Position numbers and translations under genes: made by a program | Shown: positions 9,660 through 21,196 of the stretch, piece after piece | Position numbering within the stretch: position 1 is the stretch's first letter | How the letters are laid out: every line of letters begins with the position of its first letter | The notes under the pieces: generated by a model | Seen by the model: only the letters and a program-made list of their open reading frames with translations | Databases searched by the model: none | Told to the model about the DNA's origin: nothing | Assembly (NCBI GenBank): GCA_965230925.1 | Contig: OZ246403.1 | Span: 266,455 to 330,454, forward strand | Direction of reading: 5' to 3' | Length of the DNA: 64,000 nucleotides | From: an uncultured Candidatus Saccharibacteria bacterium | Lineage (GTDB): Bacteria; Patescibacteriota; Minisyncoccia; Phycocordibacterales; JACOZG01

Positions 9660-12600
9660 TATAGCCTCCTTGACGGCTTGGCCAAGATTGATGATTTGGT
9701 TGATCGGGCTAAAGAGTTGGGGTTGCCTGCCCTAGCTCTCACCGATCACGGCAATTTGTACGGCGCGATTGAGTTTTATAAAAAGTGTTTAAGCGCTGGT
9801 ATTAAACCCATTGTCGGTGTAGAAGCCTATGTCGCGACCCGCTCGCGCTTCGACAAAGAACCTAATATCGACAGCAAACGCTTTCACCTTACTTTGCTCG
9901 CCAAGAATGCCGAGGGTTATAAAAATTTAGTTAAACTCATCACGAAGGCCAACCTCGAGGGTTATTACTACAAACCGCGCATTGATAAAGAGTTAATGCG
10001 AGCACACCACGAGGGGGTTATTTGCCTTTCGGGTTGCATGGCCAGTGAACTGTCTCGCGCTATTCTCGCTAGGAATTATGAGGAAGCGAAAAAGATTGCT
10101 AGTGAGTATCGCGAAATTTTTGGCCCAGAAAATTATTTTATTGAAATTTTTCATCACCCCAAAATTGAACGCTATCCCGAACTTAAAGAACAAGCAATAA
10201 AGTTGGCTCACGAATTAGGAATTCCCCTCGTTGCTACTCAAGATGCCCATTATTTAGCACCAGATGATACGAAAGCTCACGACACGCTTGTGGCGATTGG
10301 TACCAACACCGATGCCGATGATAATAAGCGTTACACCAAAGCTGGTGATGACTTCTCGCTGGTTGATGAAGCGACAATGCGCGAACACTTCCAAGACGCG
10401 CCGGAAGCCGTGGATAATACCTTAAAAATTGCCGAGGCTTGTGATCTCAAACTCGAGCTCGGCAAATGGGTGTTCCCGAAATTTCAGCTCACGCTTGCCG
10501 AGACGCCAGAAGAGGAATTGCGAAAGTTTGCCTACAATCGCTTGCCCGAGTATCTCGAGCGCAATCCCGAGCGCACCGACGAGGCCAAAAAACGTTTAGA
10601 TTATGAACTCGAAGTTATTATTAATAAGGGTTATGCGCCCTATTTTCTGGTGGTGGCCGATATCTTCAACTTCACTCGAGCGAACGGCATCTTTACCAAC
10701 ACTCGAGGCTCGGCGGCGGGTTGCTTCACCTCTCATATTATTGGCATCTCGGCGGTTGATCCGCTCTATTATAATCTCCCCTTCGAGCGCTTCTTGAACC
10801 CCGATCGCCCGAGCCCGCCCGATATCGATATGGACTTTGCCGATCGTCGTCGCGACGAAGTCATTGATTATGTGAAGCGTAAATATGGCGAGGATCATGT
10901 GGCGCAGATTGGTACCTTCGGCTCGATGATGGCGAAAGGCGCGGTGCGTGATGTGGCGCGAGCGCTCGGTCATCCTTATGCCGTTGGAGATAAAATTTCA
11001 AACTTAATCCCGATGGGTTCGCAGGGCTTCCCGATGACGATTGATCATGCGCTCGAAATTACGCCGGAACTTAAAACGCTTTACGATACCGACACTACGA
11101 CGAAAGAAATTATTGATCTGGCTAAAAAAATTGAAGGCAATGCCCGGCACATTTCCGTTCACGCGGCGGGTGTCGTTATTTCTCCCACACCACTCACCGA
11201 TTTCGTTCCCCTTCAATTTGACCCGAAGGGCGGCAAGATTATTACCCAGTACGATATGTACGTGGTCGAGGAAGCCGGGCTTCTCAAATTCGACTTTCTC
11301 GGTATTCGCAACCTCTCGATTATTGAAGGCGCGATTAGAATTATTGAGAAAACCCGCGGCGAGAAAATTGATATTGAGAACATTCCCCTTGATGACAAAA
11401 AAACTTTTGCCATGCTCACCGCTGGCCACACCATCGCCCTCTTCCAACTCAATGGCACGGGTATGACACGGGCCCTGAAAGAACTCAAACCCACGCGCGT
11501 GGAAGATATTAACGTGATGGTGGCCCTCTATCGCCCGGGGCCGATGGATAACATTTATGAGTACATTGCACGCAAGCACGGCAAGAAGCCGACCAAATTT
11601 CTCCATCCGAAGATGAAAAGTTACCTCGCGCCAACCTTCGGCGTGCTGGTTTATCAAGACGATCTCCTGATGACTGCCATCGAGGTGGCCGGTTATACCT
11701 GGGGCGAGGTGGATAAATTCCGTAAGGCCGTGGGTAAAAAAATTCCGGAAGAAATGAAGAAACAACACGTGATGTTCGTGGAGGGTTGCATCAAGCACAC
11801 TGGCTTGACCAAAGAAAAAGCGGAAGAAATTTGGAATCTCTTTGAACCCTTCCAAGGCTACGGCTTCAACAAGGCGCATGCGGCCAGTTATGGTCGCGTG
11901 GCCTATCAAACGGCGTATCTCAAAGCCAATTATCCGGGAGAATATATGACCGCGGCGCTCTCGGCGGAAAGTGGAAATATTGAAACGATTGCCGAAATTA
12001 TTGGCGAGTGCAAAGTGCTCGGGATTCCCGTTTTGCCACCCGATATTAATGAGAGCTTCAGCGACTTCACGGTCATCAAGGGAAAAGACGGTGACATTGA
12101 TCGCATTCGTTTCGGCTTGGTGACCATTAAAAACTTGGGCGCCGAGATTGCTGAGGTGTTGGTGCAAGAGCGGAAAGCGCGAGGACCCTTCAAAAGCTTT
12201 AGTAATTTGCTCGAGCGTGTCACTCATCGGAATTTAAATAAAAAGTCGCTTGAGGCTTTGATAAAAACGGGGGCGATGGATCGCTTCGGCGAGCGCGGGA
12301 CCCTGCTCGCGAACTTAGACGCCGCACTCGAATATAATCGTGAGCGCGGCAAACTGGGCCAGAGTCAAGACTCACTTTTCTCAACCATGAGTGATCAAAC
12401 GAGCGTCCCCGACTTTAAACTTAAACCGGCACCCGACGTTTCGGCCAAAGAAAAGTTGGTGTGGGAAAAAGATTTGCTCGGCCTCTACGTGTCTGGCCAT
12501 CCGCTTGATGAGTTCCGCGAGAAAATTGAAGCGACCGGCCGCTCGATTACTAAAACAAAAACGTTCAAAGATGGCACGGCAACCGTTGTGGCGGGCGTCT

Positions 12601-12824
12601 TAGAAGAAATTAAATTAATTAATACCAAGAAGGGTGACCGGATGTGCTTCGCCAAACTCACCGACTTCAGCGACTCCATTGAGCTCGTGATCTTCTCGCG
12701 CACCTTCGGCGAATGTCGCGAGCTTCTCGAAGCCGAAAAATGCGTCGCCATCAAAGGCAAACTCTCCCTAAGGAACGGCGAACCAAGCTTGGTCGTGGAA
12801 GGAATGAAGGAGTTGACGAGCTAA
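9630..12824 (+). CDS. dnaE: DNA polymerase III alpha subunit (short form, 1064 aa)
   Basis: N-terminal PHP domain (HLHNHSHYSLLDG), polymerase core, and a C-terminal OB fold. Confidence 0.9.
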   Translation: MFVHLHNHSHYSLLDGLAKIDDLVDRAKELGLPALALTDHGNLYGAIEFYKKCLSAGIKPIVGVEAYVATRSRFDKEPNIDSKRFHLTLLAKNAEGYKNLVKLITKANLEGYYYKPRIDKELMRAHHEGVICLSGCMASELSRAILARNYEEAKKIASEYREIFGPENYFIEIFHHPKIERYPELKEQAIKLAHELGIPLVATQDAHYLAPDDTKAHDTLVAIGTNTDADDNKRYTKAGDDFSLVDEATMREHFQDAPEAVDNTLKIAEACDLKLELGKWVFPKFQLTLAETPEEELRKFAYNRLPEYLERNPERTDEAKKRLDYELEVIINKGYAPYFLVVADIFNFTRANGIFTNTRGSAAGCFTSHIIGISAVDPLYYNLPFERFLNPDRPSPPDIDMDFADRRRDEVIDYVKRKYGEDHVAQIGTFGSMMAKGAVRDVARALGHPYAVGDKISNLIPMGSQGFPMTIDHALEITPELKTLYDTDTTTKEIIDLAKKIEGNARHISVHAAGVVISPTPLTDFVPLQFDPKGGKIITQYDMYVVEEAGLLKFDFLGIRNLSIIEGAIRIIEKTRGEKIDIENIPLDDKKTFAMLTAGHTIALFQLNGTGMTRALKELKPTRVEDINVMVALYRPGPMDNIYEYIARKHGKKPTKFLHPKMKSYLAPTFGVLVYQDDLLMTAIEVAGYTWGEVDKFRKAVGKKIPEEMKKQHVMFVEGCIKHTGLTKEKAEEIWNLFEPFQGYGFNKAHAASYGRVAYQTAYLKANYPGEYMTAALSAESGNIETIAEIIGECKVLGIPVLPPDINESFSDFTVIKGKDGDIDRIRFGLVTIKNLGAEIAEVLVQERKARGPFKSFSNLLERVTHRNLNKKSLEALIKTGAMDRFGERGTLLANLDAALEYNRERGKLGQSQDSLFSTMSDQTSVPDFKLKPAPDVSAKEKLVWEKDLLGLYVSGHPLDEFREKIEATGRSITKTKTFKDGTATVVAGVLEEIKLINTKKGDRMCFAKLTDFSDSIELVIFSRTFGECRELLEAEKCVAIKGKLSLRNGEPSLVVEGMKELTS

Positions 12825-12861
12825 ATAGCCAAAAAACTAAATTTTGCTATCATAACCCCAA

Positions 12862-14088
12862 ATGGAAGAACGAGATCACAAGAAATTGGGGCCGGAATTG
12901 GGGCTGTTTTATATTGACCAAACGGTGGGTAAGGGCCTACCAATGTTCTTACCCAAAGGCGCCACCGTGCGCCGGCTCCTCGAGCAATTTATTATTGAAG
13001 AAGAAACCAAGCGCGGCTACCAGCACGTCATGACGCCCGATCTCGCCAAGCTCGAGCTCTATGAGAAGTCGGGACACTATCCGCATTACAAAGACTCGAT
13101 GTACGCGCCGATCGAAGTGGATGATGAGAAATTCATGCTCCGGCCAATGACTTGCCCCCATCACTTCCAAATGTATCTATCTTCTCCGCGCAGTTACCGC
13201 GAGCTCCCGATGCGTATTGCCGAGCTCTCTAAGCTCTATCGCTACGAACAAAGTGGCGAACTGATGGGCCTCCAACGCGTGCGTGCGATGTGCCTCTCTG
13301 ATGCTCACATTATCTGCGCGAGCGAAGAGCAAGCCGTGGCAGAAGCGGGCAAGGCACTCGACTTGATCGAATATTTTGCCGGCATCTTCGGCCTCAAACT
13401 TGGTGAAGATTATCGCTATCGCCTCTCGCTCGGCGACCGGAGTGATCAAGAGAAATATCCGGGCAATGAACCCGCTTGGGATAAGGCGGAAGATCTATTG
13501 CGCAAACTAATGAAAGAGAGGGGTAATGAATTTGAAGAAGCCAAAGGTGAAGCAAGTTTCTACGGCCCCAAGATTGATATTCAGATGAAAAACGTGAATG
13601 GCAAAGAAGACACTGCCTTCACCGTCCAATACGACTTCCGCATGCCCGAGCGATTTGATCTCAATTACACTGGCGAAGATGGGCAGAAACATCGCGCCTT
13701 CGTGATTCATCGTTCTTCGATTGGCACCTTCGAACGCACCATGGCTTTCCTCATTGAAAAATACACTGGCGCTTTCCCCGTCTGGCTCGCGCCCATGCAA
13801 ACTCGGGTGATTCCGATCAGCGAGAAGCATTTGGAATATGCGCAAACGGTTTTTGAAAAATTAAAAGCTGAGAATATCCGGGCCGAGATTGATCTCTCGA
13901 ATGAAACTCTCGGCAAAAAGATCCGCGAAGCCAAAGGCCAAAAAATCCCCTATCTCCTCATCATTGGTGACAAAGAAGTGGAAAGTAATACCGTCACCGT
14001 CGAGGATCGTAGTGGCAACAAGGGCATCAGCACCACCCTAGCTGATTTCCTCACCAAAATTTCGGAAGAAATTAAGAATCGGAAATAA
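12862..14088 (+). CDS. thrS: Threonyl-tRNA synthetase, catalytic core + anticodon-binding domain only (no TGS/editing N-terminus)
   Basis: Starts at RDHKKLGPELGLF...LPMFLPKG..., which is the start of the class II catalytic domain of ThrRS. It is 408 aa, against about 640 aa for canonical bacterial ThrRS. Confidence 0.85.
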   Translation: MEERDHKKLGPELGLFYIDQTVGKGLPMFLPKGATVRRLLEQFIIEEETKRGYQHVMTPDLAKLELYEKSGHYPHYKDSMYAPIEVDDEKFMLRPMTCPHHFQMYLSSPRSYRELPMRIAELSKLYRYEQSGELMGLQRVRAMCLSDAHIICASEEQAVAEAGKALDLIEYFAGIFGLKLGEDYRYRLSLGDRSDQEKYPGNEPAWDKAEDLLRKLMKERGNEFEEAKGEASFYGPKIDIQMKNVNGKEDTAFTVQYDFRMPERFDLNYTGEDGQKHRAFVIHRSSIGTFERTMAFLIEKYTGAFPVWLAPMQTRVIPISEKHLEYAQTVFEKLKAENIRAEIDLSNETLGKKIREAKGQKIPYLLIIGDKEVESNTVTVEDRSGNKGISTTLADFLTKISEEIKNRK

Positions 14089-14139
14089 ACAAGACCCGAA
14101 CTTAATCGGGCCTCTGTTCTCGCCAAGGTTGGAATTACT

Positions 14140-14253
14140 CTAATCCCAGCCTTCATCTTCCTCTTCTCCCATCACCTCCTTGATAAAACCGACGAGTGCA
14201 ACAATAGGAAAACCAACGATAACCACCGTCCAATACTTTATCTTCTCCAACAT
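14140..14253 (-). CDS. Hypothetical 37-aa single-TM micro-protein
   Basis: Manual translation gives MLEKIKYWTVVIVGFPIVALVGFIKEVMGEEEDEGWD. A GGGAG sits 9 nt upstream. The ORF lies just downstream of gyrB and is below the size cut-off of the ORF track. Confidence 0.3.
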   Translation of the reverse strand: MLEKIKYWTVVIVGFPIVALVGFIKEVMGEEEDEGWD

Positions 14254-14268
14254 GGTCACTGCTCCCAA

Positions 14269-14394
14269 TTAAAACTGCTCAACATCCTCCTTCTCCGGGA
14301 AAACTATGGAAAAACAGAGTCCCGGAAACAACACCATTACCGCCAAATACAGAACAAACCCGTCCAGAATCCAAGATTTTGGGACCTTTTCCAT
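14269..14394 (-). CDS. Hypothetical 41-aa single-TM micro-protein
   Basis: Manual translation gives MEKVPKSWILDGFVLYLAVMVLFPGLCFSIVFPEKEDVEQF. A GGAGGTG Shine-Dalgarno sits 5 nt upstream. It is in tandem with the previous micro-ORF. Confidence 0.3.
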   Translation of the reverse strand: MEKVPKSWILDGFVLYLAVMVLFPGLCFSIVFPEKEDVEQF

Positions 14395-14458
14395 GAAGCA
14401 CCTCCAAGAACCGAACTCAAGGGGCGAACAATCTACTAATTAGTGTGGGCCGATTAGA

Positions 14459-16498
<2,040 letters not shown>

Positions 16499-16516
16499 TT
16501 ATACGCCCAGTTTAGC

Positions 16517-16552
16517 AGAAAAAACCCCCGCTGGCGAGTACGCCGGCGGGGG
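16517..16552 (-). terminator. Rho-independent terminator after pheST (minus strand)
   Basis: A 12-bp GC-rich stem (CCCCCGCTGGCG / CGCCGGCGGGGG, one mismatch) is followed on the minus strand by TTTTTTCT. Confidence 0.5.
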
Positions 16553-16773
16553 TTTGGACCATGTTCTTGTTACCCATTCTACAGGCCAGGGTCTGGCAAC
16601 TCAACCCCAGACGCAAGCATCATAAGCAACATGCACATCAACGAACAAAAAACGAGCAGCTCAATAACATTAAAACGCGATTTCATGATCACTCTCCTCT
16701 AAAAAACAGAAGGTTCCCATACCCCAATCGCGTTCTTACCCCGCTATATAAATAGCACAATAGACAAATCTCG

Positions 16774-18693
16774 TCAAGAACGAAGTTGCCAGTCTTTGTT
16801 TTTGGCGAGAGCGGTTGTAACCTTGGTCATTATTTCATTCACTTCATCGTCGGTGAGGGTGCGATCAAAGGCTTGGAAGACGAGGCGGAAAGCGAGCGAC
16901 TTTTTGTCGCCTTTTTCAAAAGTATCAAAAAGAATTGGTCCAGCCGCGAGTAGATCACCAGCGGCGTCTTGCGCGAGATCAAAAATCTTTTTCTCCACCT
17001 TTTCAGCGGAGGTATCGAGCGGCACAAAGAGTGCCACATCGCGAACAATGCGAGGGTAAATTGAATATGACTTGAACTGAACTTTGGGTTTGATAAAACT
17101 TTCGTCGAAAGTCAGTGAAGATTCTTTTGTTAAGGGGGCAATCGCCGACCAATTAAGTTCAACGACGATTGAGGTTTCTTTCTCAGTGAGATCATAATGC
17201 TGAGGCGAAATACCAAGCGCTTGCCACAAGGCAGTCAAAACTTCTTCCCACTCTTTCGTCTTCTGCTTCGCCTTGTGATACGCGAGACCAAGCGCCAAAT
17301 GCGTCGTCTCGCCAGCATGAGTAAACACCGCTCCAATCTCAAACATCCGCACTACATCGGTTTCAAACATCGTATGCTCTCGATTGAAACGCAAGCGTTC
17401 TTCAAGGCTACGACTGAGGTCTGTGCGCAAATAGGGCCGATCCGCCGCAGAAGGATTATCGAGCAAAACATCTCCCTGCGACGCGAAGGCATAACCATAA
17501 TTCTCGGTGAAGCCGTGCGCGGCAAAAAAAGACTTAACAGCAAGAGTGGTCGCAAAAGCCTTATTCTCGATCTTAGCCACACCAAGTGGCAGCAGCTTGC
17601 TCGGCAATCTTTGGTAACCATAAATTCTCACCACTTCTTCGATCAAATCTTCTTTCAAATGAAGGTCGAGACGTTCTGGTGGTGGTGTAACGAGAAAACT
17701 ACCCTCTCCGCCTTCAACCTTAAAGTTGAGCCGTTCAAAAATTTTCTTAATCTCCCCTGCCGAGAGGTTGGTACCTAAGCGACCATTCACATCGCGCGGC
17801 ACCAAGGGAATCACCGGCACGCGCCACGGCTCTGGGTATTGATCCGCGCGCGAGCTCAAACCAATTACATCTTCATTCCCAAAAGAAAAAATGAGAAGCA
17901 CAAGTTCGTCCATCGCTGTTTCAGCTAGAGCCGGTGAGAGGCCTTGAGCAAAACGCTTGGCCGCATCGGTCGCCAGATTCACCCGCTTGGCCGTAGCGCG
18001 AATGGGCGCACCATCAAAGTTGCAAGCGGTTAAGAGAATTCGCTGAGTGTACTCGGTAATTCCTGCGCGCTTCCCACCCTTAATTCCCGCGAGGTCAAGA
18101 GGTCCTTCATCATCGGCAATCACGAGCATTGAATCTTCAAGCACAACCTCGCGCCCATCCAGCATGATAAGTGTTTCTCCGGGAATTGCCCGACGAATTT
18201 TCACTTCTCCTTTAATTTTACTGAGATCAAAGGCGTGAACGGGTTGACCGAGATCAAACATCAAGAAATTCGTCGCATCCACAATATTATTGATCGAGCG
18301 CTGACCAAGTACGGCAAGTCGCTCCACCAGCCAACCGGGAGACGGAGCCACCCGCACATTTGTTATCACTTGAGAAATTGCCCGAAGACAACGCTTTGTG
18401 TCCACAATGTTTAGGGGCACAGGAATAATATCGGAATTTGTTTGCAGGTGTGACTTCTCGGGAAGAAGCAGTGATTCATTAACTAATGCACCGAGTTCAC
18501 GAGCGAGGCCACGATGACCTGAGCAATCATGAGCACGATCCGGCAGCACTTTTACGTCAAGGACAATATCCTTTCCCACCGGTTCAACAGCTTCCACCTC
18601 AGCGAGATGGAAGGTTAGAAGCCGCGCCACTTCCGCGGGCGGCGGCAAAGGTTTGTTGAAATATGATTGCAACCAACGATACGAAAATTTCAT
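16774..18693 (-). CDS. pheT: Phenylalanyl-tRNA synthetase beta subunit, lacking the N-terminal B2 tRNA-binding (EMAP-like) domain
   Basis: Starts MKFSYRWLQSYFN (B1), then runs directly into the B3/B4 region. A C-terminal FDX-ACB domain is present. It is 639 aa, against about 795 aa in E. coli. Confidence 0.9.
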   Translation of the reverse strand: MKFSYRWLQSYFNKPLPPPAEVARLLTFHLAEVEAVEPVGKDIVLDVKVLPDRAHDCSGHRGLARELGALVNESLLLPEKSHLQTNSDIIPVPLNIVDTKRCLRAISQVITNVRVAPSPGWLVERLAVLGQRSINNIVDATNFLMFDLGQPVHAFDLSKIKGEVKIRRAIPGETLIMLDGREVVLEDSMLVIADDEGPLDLAGIKGGKRAGITEYTQRILLTACNFDGAPIRATAKRVNLATDAAKRFAQGLSPALAETAMDELVLLIFSFGNEDVIGLSSRADQYPEPWRVPVIPLVPRDVNGRLGTNLSAGEIKKIFERLNFKVEGGEGSFLVTPPPERLDLHLKEDLIEEVVRIYGYQRLPSKLLPLGVAKIENKAFATTLAVKSFFAAHGFTENYGYAFASQGDVLLDNPSAADRPYLRTDLSRSLEERLRFNREHTMFETDVVRMFEIGAVFTHAGETTHLALGLAYHKAKQKTKEWEEVLTALWQALGISPQHYDLTEKETSIVVELNWSAIAPLTKESSLTFDESFIKPKVQFKSYSIYPRIVRDVALFVPLDTSAEKVEKKIFDLAQDAAGDLLAAGPILFDTFEKGDKKSLAFRLVFQAFDRTLTDDEVNEIMTKVTTALAKNKDWQLRS

Positions 18694-18696
18694 AAA

Positions 18697-19434
18697 TTAA
18701 AATTGCTTCAAAAAGCGTTCGTCACCAGAATAAAAAAGGCGAACATCTGGTATCCCATAATGAATCATCGCCAAGCGATCCACTCCCATTCCGAAAGCAA
18801 ACCCCGACCACACGCTCGGGTCTAAGCGAGAATTCACCAGCACTGAAGGATGCACTAAGCCAGCCCCACCCATCTCGAGCCAGCCAGTACCCTTACACAC
18901 CAAACAAGCCGGGTCTTCCCCCTTACAATTACTACATGAGACATCCACTTCCAAACCAGGTTCGACGAACGGGAAAAAGCTTGGTCGGAAACGCACCCGC
19001 GTTTGGTGACCAAAAAACCGTTTGAAAAATTCTTCGATGAGTCCTTTCAGTTCCGCGATTGTCACTTCTTTATCAACCAAAAGCATTTCCAATTGATAAA
19101 ACTGCGCTTCATGAGTGGCGTCAGTAGCCTCGAAACGGAAAACGCGCCCTGGAGCAATAATCCGCACTGGCGGTGGATTGGCCTCCAAATATCGCACTTG
19201 CACCGGCGAAGTGTGAGTACGCAAGACCTTGCGTTCTCCCCCATCTTGGAGCCAGAAGGTATCCCACATATCGCGCGCCGGATGATCAGCAGGAATATTA
19301 AGGGCGTCAAAGTTGTACCATTCCGTTTCAACTTCTGGGCCTTCAGCCACGGTAAAGCCAAGTTCTCGGAAAATTTTTACCGCGCGGTAAATAACCTGAG
19401 TAATAGGGTGCAAATGGCCTGACGGTTTTTCCAT
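18697..19434 (-). CDS. pheS: Phenylalanyl-tRNA synthetase alpha subunit (catalytic core only)
   Basis: Class II motifs are present (HPARDMWDTF, FRFEATDATHEAQFYQLE). The track start at 19530 would overlap tRNA-Thr, so the start is re-assigned to the Met at 19434 (MEKPSGHLHPITQ). Confidence 0.85.
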   Translation of the reverse strand: MEKPSGHLHPITQVIYRAVKIFRELGFTVAEGPEVETEWYNFDALNIPADHPARDMWDTFWLQDGGERKVLRTHTSPVQVRYLEANPPPVRIIAPGRVFRFEATDATHEAQFYQLEMLLVDKEVTIAELKGLIEEFFKRFFGHQTRVRFRPSFFPFVEPGLEVDVSCSNCKGEDPACLVCKGTGWLEMGGAGLVHPSVLVNSRLDPSVWSGFAFGMGVDRLAMIHYGIPDVRLFYSGDERFLKQF

Positions 19435-19472
19435 CGCACCAACTGTAGCAAAAAGACGGTTAAAGAAAAAGG

Positions 19473-19545
19473 AGCCAGTGGTCGGGCTTGAACCGACGAC
19501 CTGCTGTTTACAAAACAGCTGCTCTACCAACTGAGCTACACTGGC
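19473..19545 (-). tRNA. tRNA-Thr (anticodon TGT)
   Basis: Cloverleaf folded by hand: acceptor GCCAGTG/CACTGGC, D arm GCTC-AGTTGGTA-GAGC, anticodon arm GCTGT-TTTGTAA-ACAGC, T arm GTCGG-TTCAAGC-CCGAC. Confidence 0.85.
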
Positions 19546-19548
19546 AAG

Positions 19549-19956
19549 TTACTGCGACTTAGAATTATGAACGTGCTGCTTAATCTCCTCGAGAAAGAAG
19601 GAGGCGGCACCACGTTTACCGTGCAAAAATTCGGAATTATCGCGGCCATTACCTCGACCTTTCACCAGCTCGATAAGCGAGGAAAACTTCTTTTCTGTTC
19701 GAAACAAAAGATACCGACAAATGGCCAAAAAACTCCGGCCGTAAACCAATACATGGAAGAAACCGAGGCGTCCCAACTGCTTCATCCACCGGGGAAAATA
19801 AACGCTGAAGTAATCAACCGTAAGCCACAAAACTTGGCCGGTGGATAATTCACCAGCAGAAGTTACGAGACCTCGGCGCAAACGCCACCACTGCGAGAGG
19901 ACCAAGCCCATGATAGCGAGCAAGGAAATGACGGCCAGGATAATAAAAAATAACAT
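19549..19956 (-). CDS. Hypothetical membrane protein (135 aa)
   Basis: N-terminal TM helix. The ORF begins 9 nt downstream of tsf and is co-oriented with it. No recognisable family. Confidence 0.35.
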   Translation of the reverse strand: MLFFIILAVISLLAIMGLVLSQWWRLRRGLVTSAGELSTGQVLWLTVDYFSVYFPRWMKQLGRLGFFHVLVYGRSFLAICRYLLFRTEKKFSSLIELVKGRGNGRDNSEFLHGKRGAASFFLEEIKQHVHNSKSQ

Positions 19957-19965
19957 TAGGGTTGT

Positions 19966-20415
19966 TTAGTTAACTGCCAACCGTGAAAACGTCGAGAGTT
20001 CAATTCGTTCACCAAATTTTTGAATACTTGCCTTAATGAGATCAGCAATAGTTTGGTCGGGGTTTTTAATAAATGGTTGAGCCAAAAAATCCTCCGTGCC
20101 TTCAGCCGGGATTGCAGATAATTGCATCGCCATATCATCAGCCAGCGCCTTAAAGGCTGGGTTCTTAGCCACAAAATCGGTTTCAGACCGCAATTCCACC
20201 ATGGCCCCAATCACCCCTTGATGAACATAGGAGCCAATGCAACCGGCACCAAGTTGCCGCCCCGCTTTCTTGGCTGCAATCTTCTCGGTTTCGCCACGAA
20301 GAAATTCTCGCGCCTTGGCTTCATCACCGCCAGCACGCTCAAGAGCTTCTCGACATTGACCAATCGAGACGCCGGTCTCTTCGCGAAGAGCTTTAATTTG
20401 ATTAATGCTAACCAT
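19966..20415 (-). CDS. tsf: Elongation factor Ts (short, 149 aa)
   Basis: N-terminal UBA-like motif (IKALREETGVSIGQCREALERAGGD) followed by the EF-Ts core. Confidence 0.85.
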   Translation of the reverse strand: MVSINQIKALREETGVSIGQCREALERAGGDEAKAREFLRGETEKIAAKKAGRQLGAGCIGSYVHQGVIGAMVELRSETDFVAKNPAFKALADDMAMQLSAIPAEGTEDFLAQPFIKNPDQTIADLIKASIQKFGERIELSTFSRLAVN

Positions 20416-20432
20416 TCGGGGAACGTTACCAA

Positions 20433-21155
20433 TTATACCAAAGCTGCCTTGGGTGACAAACCGGCGCGATAGGCCTCCTTCACACCAGTCAAAAAGTGCT
20501 TGATCGTTGCGATAGTGGCGTCATTTCCTACCACCGGGTAATCCACCTGACTTAAGTCACAATCAGTGCCCGAGAGGCTCACAATCGGAACGCCAACCTT
20601 TCTGCCTTCAATCGCGGCAATTTCTTCTTCTCGAGAATCAATCACCACAATCGCCCCAGGAAATTCTTTGAGTTCAGTAATGGTACCAAAATGTCGTTCG
20701 AGGTCAGAGAGCTCTTTATCGAGACGAGACTGCTCGCGCTTGGTAAATCGAGCAAAGCCACCCTTCGCCTTGTCTTCCTTCAAGTCGGTTAAGCGTTGCA
20801 TCCGCTTCTTAATTTCTGGAAAGTTAGTGAGAGTGCCACCAAGCCAGCGACCGCTCACATAGGGAAGATTGAGTTCAAGGGCAGTAGCTTCCACGGCACC
20901 GCGCGCTTCGGGCTTGGTTCCCACCAAAAGAATTTTCTTGCCACTCGCCGCCACACTCGCAATGAAAGTTTTTGCTTGTTCGAAAAGGTCTGCGCTTTTC
21001 TCAAGATCAATAATTGCCCCACGATTTTTAAAACCAAAGATAAATGGTTGCACCGACGGGTGGAGTCGAGAACGTGAGTAGCCAAAATGCGCCCCCGTTT
21101 TAAAGAGAGAGTCTACCGCTGGTCGTGATTTCACTGTTTTTGTTTCAGAAGACAC
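20433..21155 (-). CDS. rpsB: 30S ribosomal protein S2
   Basis: LFKTGAHFGYSRSRLHP...FIFGFKNRGAIIDLEKS matches bS2. Confidence 0.9.
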   Translation of the reverse strand: MSSETKTVKSRPAVDSLFKTGAHFGYSRSRLHPSVQPFIFGFKNRGAIIDLEKSADLFEQAKTFIASVAASGKKILLVGTKPEARGAVEATALELNLPYVSGRWLGGTLTNFPEIKKRMQRLTDLKEDKAKGGFARFTKREQSRLDKELSDLERHFGTITELKEFPGAIVVIDSREEEIAAIEGRKVGVPIVSLSGTDCDLSQVDYPVVGNDATIATIKHFLTGVKEAYRAGLSPKAALV

Positions 21156-21196
21156 GGGAGAAGACTAGCAAATCAAGTAGAATTTGGCAAATAAGC

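Noticed and set aside
11004-12227. 407-aa minus-strand ORF
   Set aside because: Lies completely inside dnaE on the opposite strand. It has no domain signatures and a His/Arg/Phe-rich composition typical of antisense frames.
13507-13934. Minus-strand ORFs 13507..13845 and 13707..13934
   Set aside because: Antisense to thrS.
19435-19530. Track N-terminal extension of pheS (MVEQLFCKQQVVGSSPTTG…)
   Set aside because: This segment is the antisense of tRNA-Thr. The pheS start was moved to the Met at 19434.
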